The notes below the pieces were generated by a model that worked only from the letters and a program-made list of their open reading frames with translations, searched no databases and had not been told where the DNA came from. The translations under genes were made by a program, and so were the position numbers. From Bdellovibrionales bacterium (GTDB taxonomy: Bacteria > Bdellovibrionota > Bdellovibrionia > Bdellovibrionales > JAGQZY01), in NCBI GenBank assembly GCA_964230645.1, contig CAXRHT010000002.1:1056001-1120000 (forward strand): a stretch of 64,000 nt of DNA, given 5' to 3'. This document shows positions 18,907-29,147 of this stretch, in pieces. Positions within the stretch are counted from its first letter, which is position 1. Every line of letters begins with the position of its first letter.

Positions 18907-21465
18907 TCAAGAGGCTTTAAGGTATTTGGTCCCAAGAGGACCGTTTTTAAAATCCAGCCGAAAACTCGATCCTTTTCCAATTTCACTCTTAAGGGAAATA
19001 TCGGCCCTCATTAGCGCTGCTAATTTTTTACATATTGTTAGTCCGAGCCCTGTTCCATCGTAACGTCGGTCGTTACTATTCTCAACCTGTTGAAAAGCTT
19101 CGAAAATTCGGGATTTATCATAGGGATTGATTCCAATGCCTGTGTCGTTGACCTCGAAGGTCCAATTTTCTGACCTTCCATCGTCAGGTTCTAAAACTCT
19201 TACAGTGATGACACCCTCTTTGGTAAACTTACCGGCATTGGAAATAAGATTAATTAAAATCAACTTTAACAATTCGCGGTCCGCAAATATTAAATCATCC
19301 TTACGTTCCCAATCCACAACCAAGCGATTCTTATTGGCATTAACAGTGTGATTGGTCAAAACCTTCACCTCCTCAATTAAATCACGAACTAAGAACTTAG
19401 TAGGATGAACCTGAATTTCAGAGTTCTCAATTTTAGATAAATCCAGAACCTGATTCACAAGATTTAACAAATGATATCCTGAGTGTTTTATTTTTTCGAT
19501 ATCAGTTTTTAAACCTGTCGATTCATGAGACTCCTCATCAAGGAGAAGCTCACTATAACCTATGATCGCATTTAAAGGGGTTCTCAATTCATGACTCATC
19601 TTCGCCAAAAATAAGGACTTAGCCTTATTAGCACTTTCGGCACGATCCTTTAGTTCTTCTATCTGCCTCTGTTTTTTTATAAAGCTTGTTATATCTTGAA
19701 CATATCCACGCACCCCCTCCACTTTTCCTTCTAAAGTAAATATGGGTTCACCGAAAATCTTTACTGTCTTAGCTCTTCCTTTTTGATCAACAAACTCAAA
19801 GACATCTTCAAAGGCCAATTTATTAGCTATAGCCTTTTCCACTAGATTTTTAATTTTTTCCTGATCGGGCTTGAAATAGAGTTTTAAGGCATGCTGGGGG
19901 CCGATATCCTCTTTGACCGGCATTCCATGGATTCGGAAAACTTGTGGATTAAGAATAATTTTTCCAGACTTTATACTGTACTTCCACCCACCAATCTTAG
20001 CAATTTCTTGAACCCGCTGGGAAACCTCTTTTAATTCATTGTTTTGCTGTTCCTGCTTTTGAATATTGGTCATATTCAGATGGGTACCACAAATAAAAGC
20101 CGGCTGATTTAGACTATCGACCTCGACCACTTTTCCTTTTGTTAAAACCGTCACCCAGTGTCCCTTTCTGTGCCTCAAACGCACTAGAAACTCAAAGCTT
20201 TTCTGGTTTTTAAAAATAACTTTTTTATACACTTCGTTGGCTTTCTCAACATCCAGTGGATGAATCTGAGAGGCCCAGAAGTTTTTCGTAGGAGGTATTT
20301 CTTCTAATTTATAACCTAGCATCGAACTTAATTTTTTATCGAAGCGAACCTCCCCACTTCTTACGTCCCATTTCCAAAGACCTAAATCAGAGCTTTCGAT
20401 AAGGAGTTTATTATTGACCCGATGCCTGTTCAGAGTTTTTGACTTGCGTGCGGCTTCTTTCTCGTGGAAACGTTTATCGAGGCGCTTAGCAAGGCTAGTT
20501 GCCAAAACTCCCATTAATGTCTTTTGTACCTTGTTATACTTTGTGAGTTCTAGGTTCTTGGAAGAAAAACTGATCGTTCCTACTACATTGGTATTGATGA
20601 TAAGAGGGGCTCCAAGGTAGAGCTGCAGATCAAAATGCCTAAAAAAGTCTAGACATAAGGGATTTTTAATTGATTCTTCTCTCCAAACTAGTATCTCCCT
20701 TCGATGAACGACATCGAAACAAAGAGTGTTCTCCAAAGGCATCCGTTGCCCTTTTTTTACAATTTCGTCAGCAGAAATAACTGACTTAACTACAAACTCG
20801 TTATTTTTTACCTCTCCAATGATCGCGTTATCCATTTCTAGATACTTTTTCCCTAGAGCTAAATAGCTTTCGAGCATAGATGCGATACTATGGAAACTAG
20901 TTTCATTAAGCTTATTGAGATCCCTTAAGGCTTTATAAAGAAGCTTATACTGCGAGGCCTCTCTTTTCTTTCCAAGTAACTCTCTTCTTTCTAGTAGCAG
21001 ATCAACGACTTGAGAGGATAGTTTGTGTAAAGCTTCTTTCTGGAGATCGTTTAACTTTTTTACCTTCTGATCGATAACACATAAGGTTCCGACATTTTCA
21101 CCGTCAATCTCCAACGGAACCCCGGCGTAGTGACGGATACTGGGATGCTCTAATACTAGAGGATTTTCTGAGAAGCGTGCATCTTGGGTGGCATTTTCTA
21201 TCTCGAAAAGGCCCTCATTTCTTATAGCATGATCACAAAAGGCGACACTCCTCGGAGTTTCGTTGACCTCGATTCCAAATCTTGCTTTAAACCACTGTCT
21301 ATTTTTATCAACTAATGAAACCAGAGCCACGGGAGAATCACACACCACACTGGCTATATAAACGATTTCATTAAACCTTCTCTCATCCTCAGTATCAAGA
21401 ACCTTTAAAGAGTTTAAAACTTCCAGCCTCTTTTTTTCATCCACCATTGACTTCAAACTCCACAC
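18907..21465 (-). CDS. Cytoplasmic GAF-GAF-PAS-PAS sensor histidine kinase (non-hybrid)
   Basis: GAF (RQWFKA..FCDHAI..DARFSENPLV), second GAF, two [22 protein letters not shown]. Confidence 0.92.
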   Translation of the reverse strand: MWSLKSMVDEKKRLEVLNSLKVLDTEDERRFNEIVYIASVVCDSPVALVSLVDKNRQWFKARFGIEVNETPRSVAFCDHAIRNEGLFEIENATQDARFSENPLVLEHPSIRHYAGVPLEIDGENVGTLCVIDQKVKKLNDLQKEALHKLSSQVVDLLLERRELLGKKREASQYKLLYKALRDLNKLNETSFHSIASMLESYLALGKKYLEMDNAIIGEVKNNEFVVKSVISADEIVKKGQRMPLENTLCFDVVHRREILVWREESIKNPLCLDFFRHFDLQLYLGAPLIINTNVVGTISFSSKNLELTKYNKVQKTLMGVLATSLAKRLDKRFHEKEAARKSKTLNRHRVNNKLLIESSDLGLWKWDVRSGEVRFDKKLSSMLGYKLEEIPPTKNFWASQIHPLDVEKANEVYKKVIFKNQKSFEFLVRLRHRKGHWVTVLTKGKVVEVDSLNQPAFICGTHLNMTNIQKQEQQNNELKEVSQRVQEIAKIGGWKYSIKSGKIILNPQVFRIHGMPVKEDIGPQHALKLYFKPDQEKIKNLVEKAIANKLAFEDVFEFVDQKGRAKTVKIFGEPIFTLEGKVEGVRGYVQDITSFIKKQRQIEELKDRAESANKAKSLFLAKMSHELRTPLNAIIGYSELLLDEESHESTGLKTDIEKIKHSGYHLLNLVNQVLDLSKIENSEIQVHPTKFLVRDLIEEVKVLTNHTVNANKNRLVVDWERKDDLIFADRELLKLILINLISNAGKFTKEGVITVRVLEPDDGRSENWTFEVNDTGIGINPYDKSRIFEAFQQVENSNDRRYDGTGLGLTICKKLAALMRADISLKSEIGKGSSFRLDFKNGPLGTKYLKAS

Positions 21466-21574
21466 ATTACTTTGTAAAGACCTATGATAATATCGGAAGC
21501 TCTTTCAAATAATTAAATATTTATTGTTTTATTTTAAAATCAATATTTTTTCTTAAGTTGTCTCAGAAGAAGAC

Positions 21575-21600
21575 AAAAAAAAGCGCCTAAATAGGCGCTT
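21575..21600 (-). terminator. Intrinsic terminator
   Basis: aagcgcct-attt-aggcgctt followed by a T-tract on the minus strand. Confidence 0.8.
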
Positions 21601-21631
21601 AATTTTTACTCTGTTGCATTTAGAGTTTAAT

Positions 21632-22354
21632 TTATTTTGACTCTTTCTTTTCGGTCGACCCCACCTGTTCATACTTGGTAATCCCATCAAAATCATAATA
21701 GCTACGACCACGTTTTTCCTTGGGAGTCGAGCGTCCACGGTAGGAGACTAACTCTTTAGTCTTTGGATCAAAGTTAAAATAAAGAGGGTCAACGACCGCT
21801 CTGATAAACATGCTGGAAGGATTGAACTTAACCACAAACAAGTCATCGGTCTTGCTTTCCTTTGAGAGCTCAAACCCGATAGCTTCCTGACGATGCCAAA
21901 CCCCTAGCTCAACATCAACCTCTTCGCCTTTTGCAAGCTTGTCCCAGTTGTCCATGATCGTGGAAACAATTTGTAGGCCCACAATAAAATTGTCGGGAAG
22001 ATCGATGGTTTGAGGATAATTATTTTTTCTAAATTTCTTTAAGTTCAGAGTGGCTTTGCCATCTTCAACCGTGATCCAAGCTTTTTGTTTAAGCTGCTTT
22101 TGATCCATATCGTAACGGATGAGTTTTCCGTTTTTAGTTTGCATTTTTTCAACCGTAAGGACGTCTCCATCCATATCTTTATAGACAGCGCGATCATGTA
22201 AGATATCGCCCTTTTTTTCCTGGTAGCGCTCATAAGTGAATTGCTTTTCTTTGCCTTCTTTATCGTAAACAATTCCTTTACTTATAAGCTTTTCGGCCGC
22301 GATGGAGGTAATACTCAGTAAAGTTACAATGGTGATCAAAAATAGTTTTCTCAT
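21632..22354 (-). CDS. Secreted hypothetical protein (beta-rich)
   Basis: Signal peptide MRKLFLITIVTLLSITSIAA at ATG 22354 with AAGGA RBS. Confidence 0.75.
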   Translation of the reverse strand: MRKLFLITIVTLLSITSIAAEKLISKGIVYDKEGKEKQFTYERYQEKKGDILHDRAVYKDMDGDVLTVEKMQTKNGKLIRYDMDQKQLKQKAWITVEDGKATLNLKKFRKNNYPQTIDLPDNFIVGLQIVSTIMDNWDKLAKGEEVDVELGVWHRQEAIGFELSKESKTDDLFVVKFNPSSMFIRAVVDPLYFNFDPKTKELVSYRGRSTPKEKRGRSYYDFDGITKYEQVGSTEKKESK

Positions 22355-22425
22355 AGGATTTCCTTTTTTGTGAAATTTTAACCTTAGATCCTTGCTTGAC
22401 ACAAGGGGACTCTTGTTGATGAATT

Positions 22426-24072
22426 CTATAGCCAAAGGCTTTTGACACCTCTTTCTTTGGCCACTTCTTTGGCGTCATCGTATCCAGCATCCACATGCCG
22501 AAAAACACCCATCGCTGGGTCCGCAGTCAGGACTCTCTCAAGCCTTTGAGCGGCTTTTTCTGTACCATCAGCCACGATCACCTGACCGGCGTGTAGGGAA
22601 TAACCCATCCCCACTCCACCACCATGATGAAAACTCACCCAAGTCGCTCCACAAGCTGTATTGGTGAGTGCATTTAAAAGAGGCCAGTCGGCCACAGCGT
22701 CCGAACCATCTTTCATACTTTCGGTTTCCCTATTAGGTGAAGCCACAGAGCCACAGTCAAGATGATCCCGTCCGATCACAATAGGAGCTTTAACTTTCCC
22801 TTCTTTTACGAGCTCATTGAACTTTAAGCCAGCCTTCACTCGCTCCCCATACTCTAACCAACAGATTCTTGCCGGTAGTCCCTGGAAGGCAATTCGCTCC
22901 TTTGCCATCTCTAACCAGTTTAATAAATGAGGTTTGTCTGGGAAAAGTTCCTTGAGAGCTTGGTCGAGAACAAAGATATCTTCTTCATCGCCACTCAGAG
23001 CCACGAAACGAAAGGGCCCGCTGCCTTTACAAAAAAGAGGTCGAATATAAGCAGGGACAAAACCTGGAAAATCAAAAGCCTCTTCCACCCCTACATCTTG
23101 GGCCATCGCGCGGATATTGTTGCCGTAATCAAAAGTGATCGCACCTTTTTGCTTAAGTTTAAGCATTCCCCTTACGTGTTCACCCATGGATTCTTTGGAG
23201 AGTTTCACATATTTCTCAGGATTTTCATTTCTAAGTTTATCGGCTTCTTTTAGCGAGTACCCTGCTGGAATATAACCAACTAAAGGATCGTGTGCCGAGG
23301 TTTGGTCCGTCAACATATCTGGGACATAGTCTTTTTTTACCATCTCTTGAATCACCTCGGCCATGTTGCCAACCAAGGCCACTGATTTTGCCTCACCATT
23401 TTTAGCGTAGGCTTGTATTTTTTCCCAAGCCTCATCCAAGTCATGACAGACCTCATCGACATAGCGAGTTTTTAATCGTTTTTGAACTCTTTCTTCATCG
23501 ACTTCAATCGCCAAAACACAAGCGCCAGCAAAGACTCCTGCTAGCGGTTGCGCACCACCCATTCCACCGAGCCCAGCGGTCGCAATGATTCTCCCCTTTA
23601 AATCGCCTCCAAAATGTTGGCGTCCTGCTTCCACAAAAGTTTCATAGGTTCCCTGCACGATCCCTTGAGTTCCAATGTAAATCCAAGAGCCGGCTGTCAT
23701 TTGCCCATACATCATGAGCCCTTTTTTATCGAGCTCATGAAAATGATCCCAGTTGGCCCACTTAGGCACCAAATTGGAATTGGCAATAAGAACTTTCGGA
23801 GCATCTTCATGAGTTTTAATGATTCCAATGGGTTTGCCTGATTGTACTAAAAGTGTCTCGTCGATCTTTAGATCTTTAAGACTCTCTAAAATTTTATGGT
23901 AGCACTCCCAGTTTCTTGCGGCCTTTCCAATTCCACCGTAAACAATGAGATCATCAGGGCGTTCGGCCACATCAGGATCTAAATTGTTTTGGATCATTCG
24001 ATAGGCGGCCTCAGAGAGCCAATTGTCACAATTAAGTTCAGTGCCTTTCGGTGCTTTAATATTTTTTACCAT
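22426..24072 (-). CDS. hutU: Urocanate hydratase
   Basis: [47 protein letters not shown]. Confidence 0.97.
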   Translation of the reverse strand: MVKNIKAPKGTELNCDNWLSEAAYRMIQNNLDPDVAERPDDLIVYGGIGKAARNWECYHKILESLKDLKIDETLLVQSGKPIGIIKTHEDAPKVLIANSNLVPKWANWDHFHELDKKGLMMYGQMTAGSWIYIGTQGIVQGTYETFVEAGRQHFGGDLKGRIIATAGLGGMGGAQPLAGVFAGACVLAIEVDEERVQKRLKTRYVDEVCHDLDEAWEKIQAYAKNGEAKSVALVGNMAEVIQEMVKKDYVPDMLTDQTSAHDPLVGYIPAGYSLKEADKLRNENPEKYVKLSKESMGEHVRGMLKLKQKGAITFDYGNNIRAMAQDVGVEEAFDFPGFVPAYIRPLFCKGSGPFRFVALSGDEEDIFVLDQALKELFPDKPHLLNWLEMAKERIAFQGLPARICWLEYGERVKAGLKFNELVKEGKVKAPIVIGRDHLDCGSVASPNRETESMKDGSDAVADWPLLNALTNTACGATWVSFHHGGGVGMGYSLHAGQVIVADGTEKAAQRLERVLTADPAMGVFRHVDAGYDDAKEVAKERGVKSLWL

Positions 24073-25598
24073 TCTAAATCCCCCACACATTCTTTTATAG
24101 TCTTATAAAGGCGATCATCTTGGATCATTGTTTGAATTTTTTCGACATCATCGGAGAAAACCCGGTCTTTCTCTGCAAACGGAACTTCTTTGCGAATCTC
24201 ATCAAGACAAGCTTTAACAGCAGAGGTTGGCTCCAATGGCTTGAGCATATCAAGGGCTTGAGTGCTTGAAAGCATTTCCATGGCAATCACATGCTCACAG
24301 TTGGTCACGATCTGGCCAAACTTTCTGGCCGCAATAGTTCCCATACTGACATGGTCTTCTTTATCAGCCGATGTTGGTATACTATCAACGCTGGCTGGAT
24401 GAGATAAAATTTTATTCTCGCTCACTAGAGACGCCGCCGCCACTTGCACTATCATATGACCAGAATTCAATCCTCCCTCGGGTGCTAAGAAGGCCGGAAG
24501 GCCACTCATAGAAGGATTGATCATTTTTTCAATTCGGCACTCAGAGATATTCCCAATGCCACTCATGGCAATGGCTGCAAAATCAAGGGCGTAAGCCACA
24601 GGTTCGCCATGAAAGTTTCCGCAGCTTAAAATTTTCTCATCTTCGGCAAACACAAGAGGATTATCAGTACTAGAATTGGCCTCTGTTTCCAAAACTCCCA
24701 AAATATGTCGAAAGGAATCTTTAGCGGCCCCGTGAACCGCGGGGATACAACGAAGACTGTAACAATCTTGCACTCTGCCACAGTCCTCATGGCTTCTTGA
24801 GATAGAGGACTCAGGCCCCATAAGTTTTAAAATATTACGGGCTGTTTTTGCCTCACCAGGATGCGCTCTTGTTGCAGAAATCAAAGGATCAAAGGCAGCT
24901 CGTGTTCCCTTGAGAGCTTCCAGGGTCATGGCTCCCGATAGATCAGCCAGCCAGATCAAGCGTCGTCCTTTGTATAAATTTAAAAGCCCAACCGCCGTCA
25001 TCACTTGGCAACCGTTAATGAGGGACAAGCCCTCTTTGGCCTGAAGCTCTAAGGGCTTCACCTTTTTTTCACTTAACAGGTTTGATACAGGTACTTTATT
25101 ATTGTTTGCATCCCATACCTTACCCTCTCCGATAATAGAAAGAGCCAAGTGAGAAAGAGGCGCTAAATCACCACTTGCGCCCACGCTCCCCTTTTGAGGA
25201 ATGACAGGAATAATATCATTATTCAAATAATCAAGAATCGTTTCCACGACCAGGGGACGAATACCACTATGCCCTCGCGCCAAAGCATTGGCTCTTAGAA
25301 ACATGATGGCACGAGTTTCCTCTTTGGTAAAAGGCTCACCAATTCCCATACAGTGAGAGCGAATAAGATTTTTTTGCAGTTCAATGATTTGAGGGTCGGA
25401 AATTTTGACGTCACTAAAGTGTCCAAAACCCGTATTCACACCGTAAATGGCTTTACCAGAGTTCAGTTGCCCTTCAATGTACTGTCTTGACTGCAGCATT
25501 TTTTCCCTGGCCGAATCAGCTAGGCGCACCTCTTTATTTTCGTAGGCAACGCTAAAAACTTCTTCGATCGTAACGTTTTCTCCATTCATCTCTATCAT
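24066..25598 (-). CDS. hutH: Histidine ammonia-lyase
   Basis: [11 protein letters not shown] motif [20 protein letters not shown]. Confidence 0.97.
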   Translation of the reverse strand: MIEMNGENVTIEEVFSVAYENKEVRLADSAREKMLQSRQYIEGQLNSGKAIYGVNTGFGHFSDVKISDPQIIELQKNLIRSHCMGIGEPFTKEETRAIMFLRANALARGHSGIRPLVVETILDYLNNDIIPVIPQKGSVGASGDLAPLSHLALSIIGEGKVWDANNNKVPVSNLLSEKKVKPLELQAKEGLSLINGCQVMTAVGLLNLYKGRRLIWLADLSGAMTLEALKGTRAAFDPLISATRAHPGEAKTARNILKLMGPESSISRSHEDCGRVQDCYSLRCIPAVHGAAKDSFRHILGVLETEANSSTDNPLVFAEDEKILSCGNFHGEPVAYALDFAAIAMSGIGNISECRIEKMINPSMSGLPAFLAPEGGLNSGHMIVQVAAASLVSENKILSHPASVDSIPTSADKEDHVSMGTIAARKFGQIVTNCEHVIAMEMLSSTQALDMLKPLEPTSAVKACLDEIRKEVPFAEKDRVFSDDVEKIQTMIQDDRLYKTIKECVGDLEW

Positions 25599-26254
25599 GA
25601 CTTTTCCTTTAACTGAGAAATAGCGGCTTTGTAACCCTGAGGGTGTTTAAATACAAAACTTCCAGCCACCAAAACATCGGCGTTGGTCACTTGCAGTTTT
25701 GTCTTTTCATTGATGCCACCATCGACTTGAATTTTATATTTCCAATTGTTCTTTTCTCTAAGTTCAAAAAGTTGGTTCACTTTTTCAACTTGCTCTTCCA
25801 TGAAACTCTGGCCACCAAAACCTGGATTCACTGTCATCACTAAAACTAAATCAAGATCGGCAAGATAGGGCTCAATTTCTGAAAGATCCGTGGCGGGTCT
25901 TAATGTTAAACCACACTCAACTTTTTGAGACTTTATTTTTTCGAGCATTTTTTGAGTGTCCCCCTGGGACTCGACATGCAAAGTGATGTTGTTGGCTCCC
26001 GCTTTAATAAAATCTTCGATGTATTTGTCTGGTTCTTCGATCATCAAGTGACAGTCCAGAAAGGCGGACTCAATTTTTCGAAGAGACTTTACCACTGGTG
26101 CCCCTATGGTGAGGTTGGGCACAAAGTGACCATCCATAACGTCGACGTGAATCCAGTCTGTACCAGCCTCCATCACTTCGCGAATTTCTGTTTCTAACTT
26201 ACCAAAGTCCGCAGATAGTATACTGGGAGCGGGAATGAATTTCTCACTAAGCAT
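25595..26254 (-). CDS. rpe: Ribulose-phosphate 3-epimerase
   Basis: PSILSADF, HVDVMDGHFVPNLT, MTVNPGFGGQ, VDGGIN. Confidence 0.97.
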   Translation of the reverse strand: MLSEKFIPAPSILSADFGKLETEIREVMEAGTDWIHVDVMDGHFVPNLTIGAPVVKSLRKIESAFLDCHLMIEEPDKYIEDFIKAGANNITLHVESQGDTQKMLEKIKSQKVECGLTLRPATDLSEIEPYLADLDLVLVMTVNPGFGGQSFMEEQVEKVNQLFELREKNNWKYKIQVDGGINEKTKLQVTNADVLVAGSFVFKHPQGYKAAISQLKEKS

Positions 26255-27191
26255 CGAACTGATCTCCTTTTTTCACTTGGTAACCGCGAATATAATCCGC
26301 CGCACTCATTTTAGCTTTACTCTCAGGCTGAACCATCAGCAGTCTGACAGCATTTTTACCGCAAGCTACATCGAAAGACTCTTTTTCCACATTCACCACA
26401 ACACCCGGATCAGAATTAGTCTCAACTTCAATCCATTGGCTCTTGTGAATTTTTAAATTTTTCCCTCGAAATTGGGAACTGGCATTGGGCCCTCCCATTT
26501 CAAGCCCTCGGATTTTATTGTGAATATCCATGGCTTCATTTTTCCAATCGATCTTACCTTCTTGTTTTTCGATTTTTTTTGCGTAGGTAATTTTTGATTC
26601 ATCTTGAGCGGCCAATTCTTTTTGGCCTTCGTAGTAGGCCTGCAAGTTTTCAGTGAGGAGCCTCGCTCCTTTAAGACTTAAGGTCTCGTATAGCTCGATG
26701 GCCCCCATGAATAAAGGCAGCGCCATTCTTTCTTCCGCTATGATGTCGCCAGCGTCTAATTTTTTTACCACTTTCTGTAAACTCACCCCGGTCTCTTTGT
26801 CTCCAGCCATAAGAGCTCTTTGCATGGGAGCCGCTCCTCGCCAACGGGGAAGAAGACTTGAGTGGATGTTCACACAACCTTTAGGTAGAGCTTCCAGAAA
26901 ACTTTTAGAAAGTATTTGCCCATAGGCCACGACCACCCCTCCATCGATAGAAAGTTTTTTTAATTCATCGATGGTCTCGGTTGTGGAAATTTTCTCCGGG
27001 GTGTGAACCTCTAACCCAAGCTCTAAAGCCACTTTTTTCACCGGGCTTGCCTGCAGCTTTTTACCACGCCCTGAGGGTCGATCGGGTTGAGTGTAGACCC
27101 TCACAATATTAAAGCGAGGATCGTTATGAAGAGACTTTAATGAAGGAACCGCAAAGTCTGGGGTTCCACAGAAGATAATATTGTAAGCCAT
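26247..27191 (-). CDS. fmt: Methionyl-tRNA formyltransferase
   Basis: GTPDFA, TQPDRPSGRG, NIHSSLLPRWRGAAP. Confidence 0.97.
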   Translation of the reverse strand: MAYNIIFCGTPDFAVPSLKSLHNDPRFNIVRVYTQPDRPSGRGKKLQASPVKKVALELGLEVHTPEKISTTETIDELKKLSIDGGVVVAYGQILSKSFLEALPKGCVNIHSSLLPRWRGAAPMQRALMAGDKETGVSLQKVVKKLDAGDIIAEERMALPLFMGAIELYETLSLKGARLLTENLQAYYEGQKELAAQDESKITYAKKIEKQEGKIDWKNEAMDIHNKIRGLEMGGPNASSQFRGKNLKIHKSQWIEVETNSDPGVVVNVEKESFDVACGKNAVRLLMVQPESKAKMSAADYIRGYQVKKGDQFDA

Positions 27192-27327
27192 CGCAGCCTT
27201 CTACCACAAAAGCAGGGCTCAAACTCCATGCAGCACGCTGCATCCACTTGCTATTGTGCTTTTGCTGGAAATCTAGAGACAGAATAGCCACTCCTCATTC
27301 AGACAAGCAAGGGGTGGCTTCTAGGAA

Positions 27328-27927
27328 TCAAACCAAAGAGGCTTCTTCCTCTTTTTCCTCTTCTTCGTCGCCGGGCTTGGGGTAGCCAAATTTTTTTATT
27401 TTGGCCTTAATTCGGTTGGACTTAATAGGGCTTAAACGATCTATAAAAACTTTCCCGTCCAAATGGTCCATCTCATGCTGCATGCAAATCGAGAGGAGGC
27501 CATCCAGTTTGTACTCTACGGGCTTTCCTTCTTTGTCTAGGCCTTTTACTTCAATGTACTTTGAGCGAACGACCGACTCGTAGAACCCAGGAACACTTAA
27601 ACAACCTTCGTCGTATTTGGTCTTACCCTCTTTTTTCGTGATCTCAGGGTTGAAGATAACGATAGGCTGATCCACGGCTTTTTCAAGGTCTGTGAGATTC
27701 TCATCTAGATTATAGCGATCATCCTCGCCTTGGGGGCGAATATCGATAACCAGAAGTCGAACCTCAACACCCACTTGAATCGCAGCAAGGCCAATACCTT
27801 TTTCTGAGTACATGGTCTCAAGCATATCCTCGGCTAATTTTTTTAGCTCAGGGGTGACTTCCTCCACTTTTTTCCCTTTGTGGCGAAGACGAGAATCTGG
27901 GAATTTCAAAACTTCCAATATAGCCAT
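27328..27927 (-). CDS. def: Peptide deformylase
   Basis: GIGLAAIQVG, EGCLSVPG, QHEMDHLDG. Confidence 0.97.
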   Translation of the reverse strand: MAILEVLKFPDSRLRHKGKKVEEVTPELKKLAEDMLETMYSEKGIGLAAIQVGVEVRLLVIDIRPQGEDDRYNLDENLTDLEKAVDQPIVIFNPEITKKEGKTKYDEGCLSVPGFYESVVRSKYIEVKGLDKEGKPVEYKLDGLLSICMQHEMDHLDGKVFIDRLSPIKSNRIKAKIKKFGYPKPGDEEEEKEEEASLV

Positions 27928-27975
27928 CCCTCTTTACTAGCGGAGTTCCCCGAAAAAGGCAAGAAAGGGACCCGT

Positions 27976-29058
27976 TTAGGTCCGCATCCAGCGGAAAATA
28001 AAAAAGCAAAGGCCGAGCATCACAATATTGGGTGTCCAGGTGGCTAGAATTGGGGGGATCTGGCCTGCTTTCCCAAGAGAAAGGCTTGAGGACTGCATGA
28101 CCCAGAACGTGAAGGTCAGAAGAAGTATGAGTCCAATATTTTTGGCCATCCCGCCTGAGCGTTGGTGGGTGATCACAAAGGGGACACCGATGAGGGCCAT
28201 AACCAATATTGTAAAAGGAAAGCTGATCTTATTGTGGTAGTCCACCTCAAAGGCCGTCATATTGAGACCGGCCTCCTTATTTTTATCGATGTAACGGCCT
28301 AGCTCGCTGAAACTTAGAAAGTCGGAAGCTGTACTGGTGGTCTGAATATCAGAGAGCTCCTCGTTCATGGCAATTTTTTTGGAATCAAATTGTTTCACAA
28401 GTGGTGTGCTTAAATTTTTGTCCACAAAAAGAGTGATGCTCCCTCCTTTGAGTAACCAGTGACTAGGCATAATTTTAGCGGTCTTGGAATGGATAATTTG
28501 TTGCAATTTCCACTCGGGCGAAAAGTAGTAAAAAGTCACGCCATGGGCGACTTTTTTTTCGGATTCAAGCAGCTTAATATTAAAAATAATATTGTCGGAT
28601 CGGTACCAAATCTTATCGGTTTTTACGGTCGCAAATTTGCTGGGCTGCTTTTTCATTTCCACATAGTAAATGTAGTTTCTTTTCTTCTTAGTAATGGGCA
28701 GCACACGATCACCGATGTAAAAAGAAAGCCCCACAAAAATAAATATCCAGAAAAATATAGGAATTAAAATTCTTGTAATGCTCATCCCAAGGCTAAATAA
28801 AGCGGTTAACTCACGACTCTTATTTAAAGACGAGAGGGTGAAAACAACTCCCACCAGAGCCGCCACAGGAATAAACTGGTACATGATTTGAAAAAGATAA
28901 GCCCCATAGTAGCGCCCGAGCACATCCAGCCCCACATCAAAGCGCATCATCTGTGACATGAAGTCGATCACAAAAAAAAGTGTGAGAAACACTGTGAGGC
29001 CTGCAAAAAAATAAGTCAGGAATAGCTTAGAAATATAGCGATCGACGAGATTGAACAC
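27976..29058 (-). CDS. lptG: LPS export ABC transporter permease LptG
   Basis: YjgP/YjgQ topology: LVDRYI, ELTALFSLGMS, periplasmic beta-jellyroll, C-terminal ATWTPN. Confidence 0.85.
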   Translation of the reverse strand: MFNLVDRYISKLFLTYFFAGLTVFLTLFFVIDFMSQMMRFDVGLDVLGRYYGAYLFQIMYQFIPVAALVGVVFTLSSLNKSRELTALFSLGMSITRILIPIFFWIFIFVGLSFYIGDRVLPITKKKRNYIYYVEMKKQPSKFATVKTDKIWYRSDNIIFNIKLLESEKKVAHGVTFYYFSPEWKLQQIIHSKTAKIMPSHWLLKGGSITLFVDKNLSTPLVKQFDSKKIAMNEELSDIQTTSTASDFLSFSELGRYIDKNKEAGLNMTAFEVDYHNKISFPFTILVMALIGVPFVITHQRSGGMAKNIGLILLLTFTFWVMQSSSLSLGKAGQIPPILATWTPNIVMLGLCFFIFRWMRT

Positions 29059-29147
29059 TCTTCATTTTAGGAAAGAGGCCTCTTAGAGGTCAAGGAGAAG
29101 ACCGACTTATCCTTGACTCTGTTTGAAAAGAAGTTTTTACTTAATGT

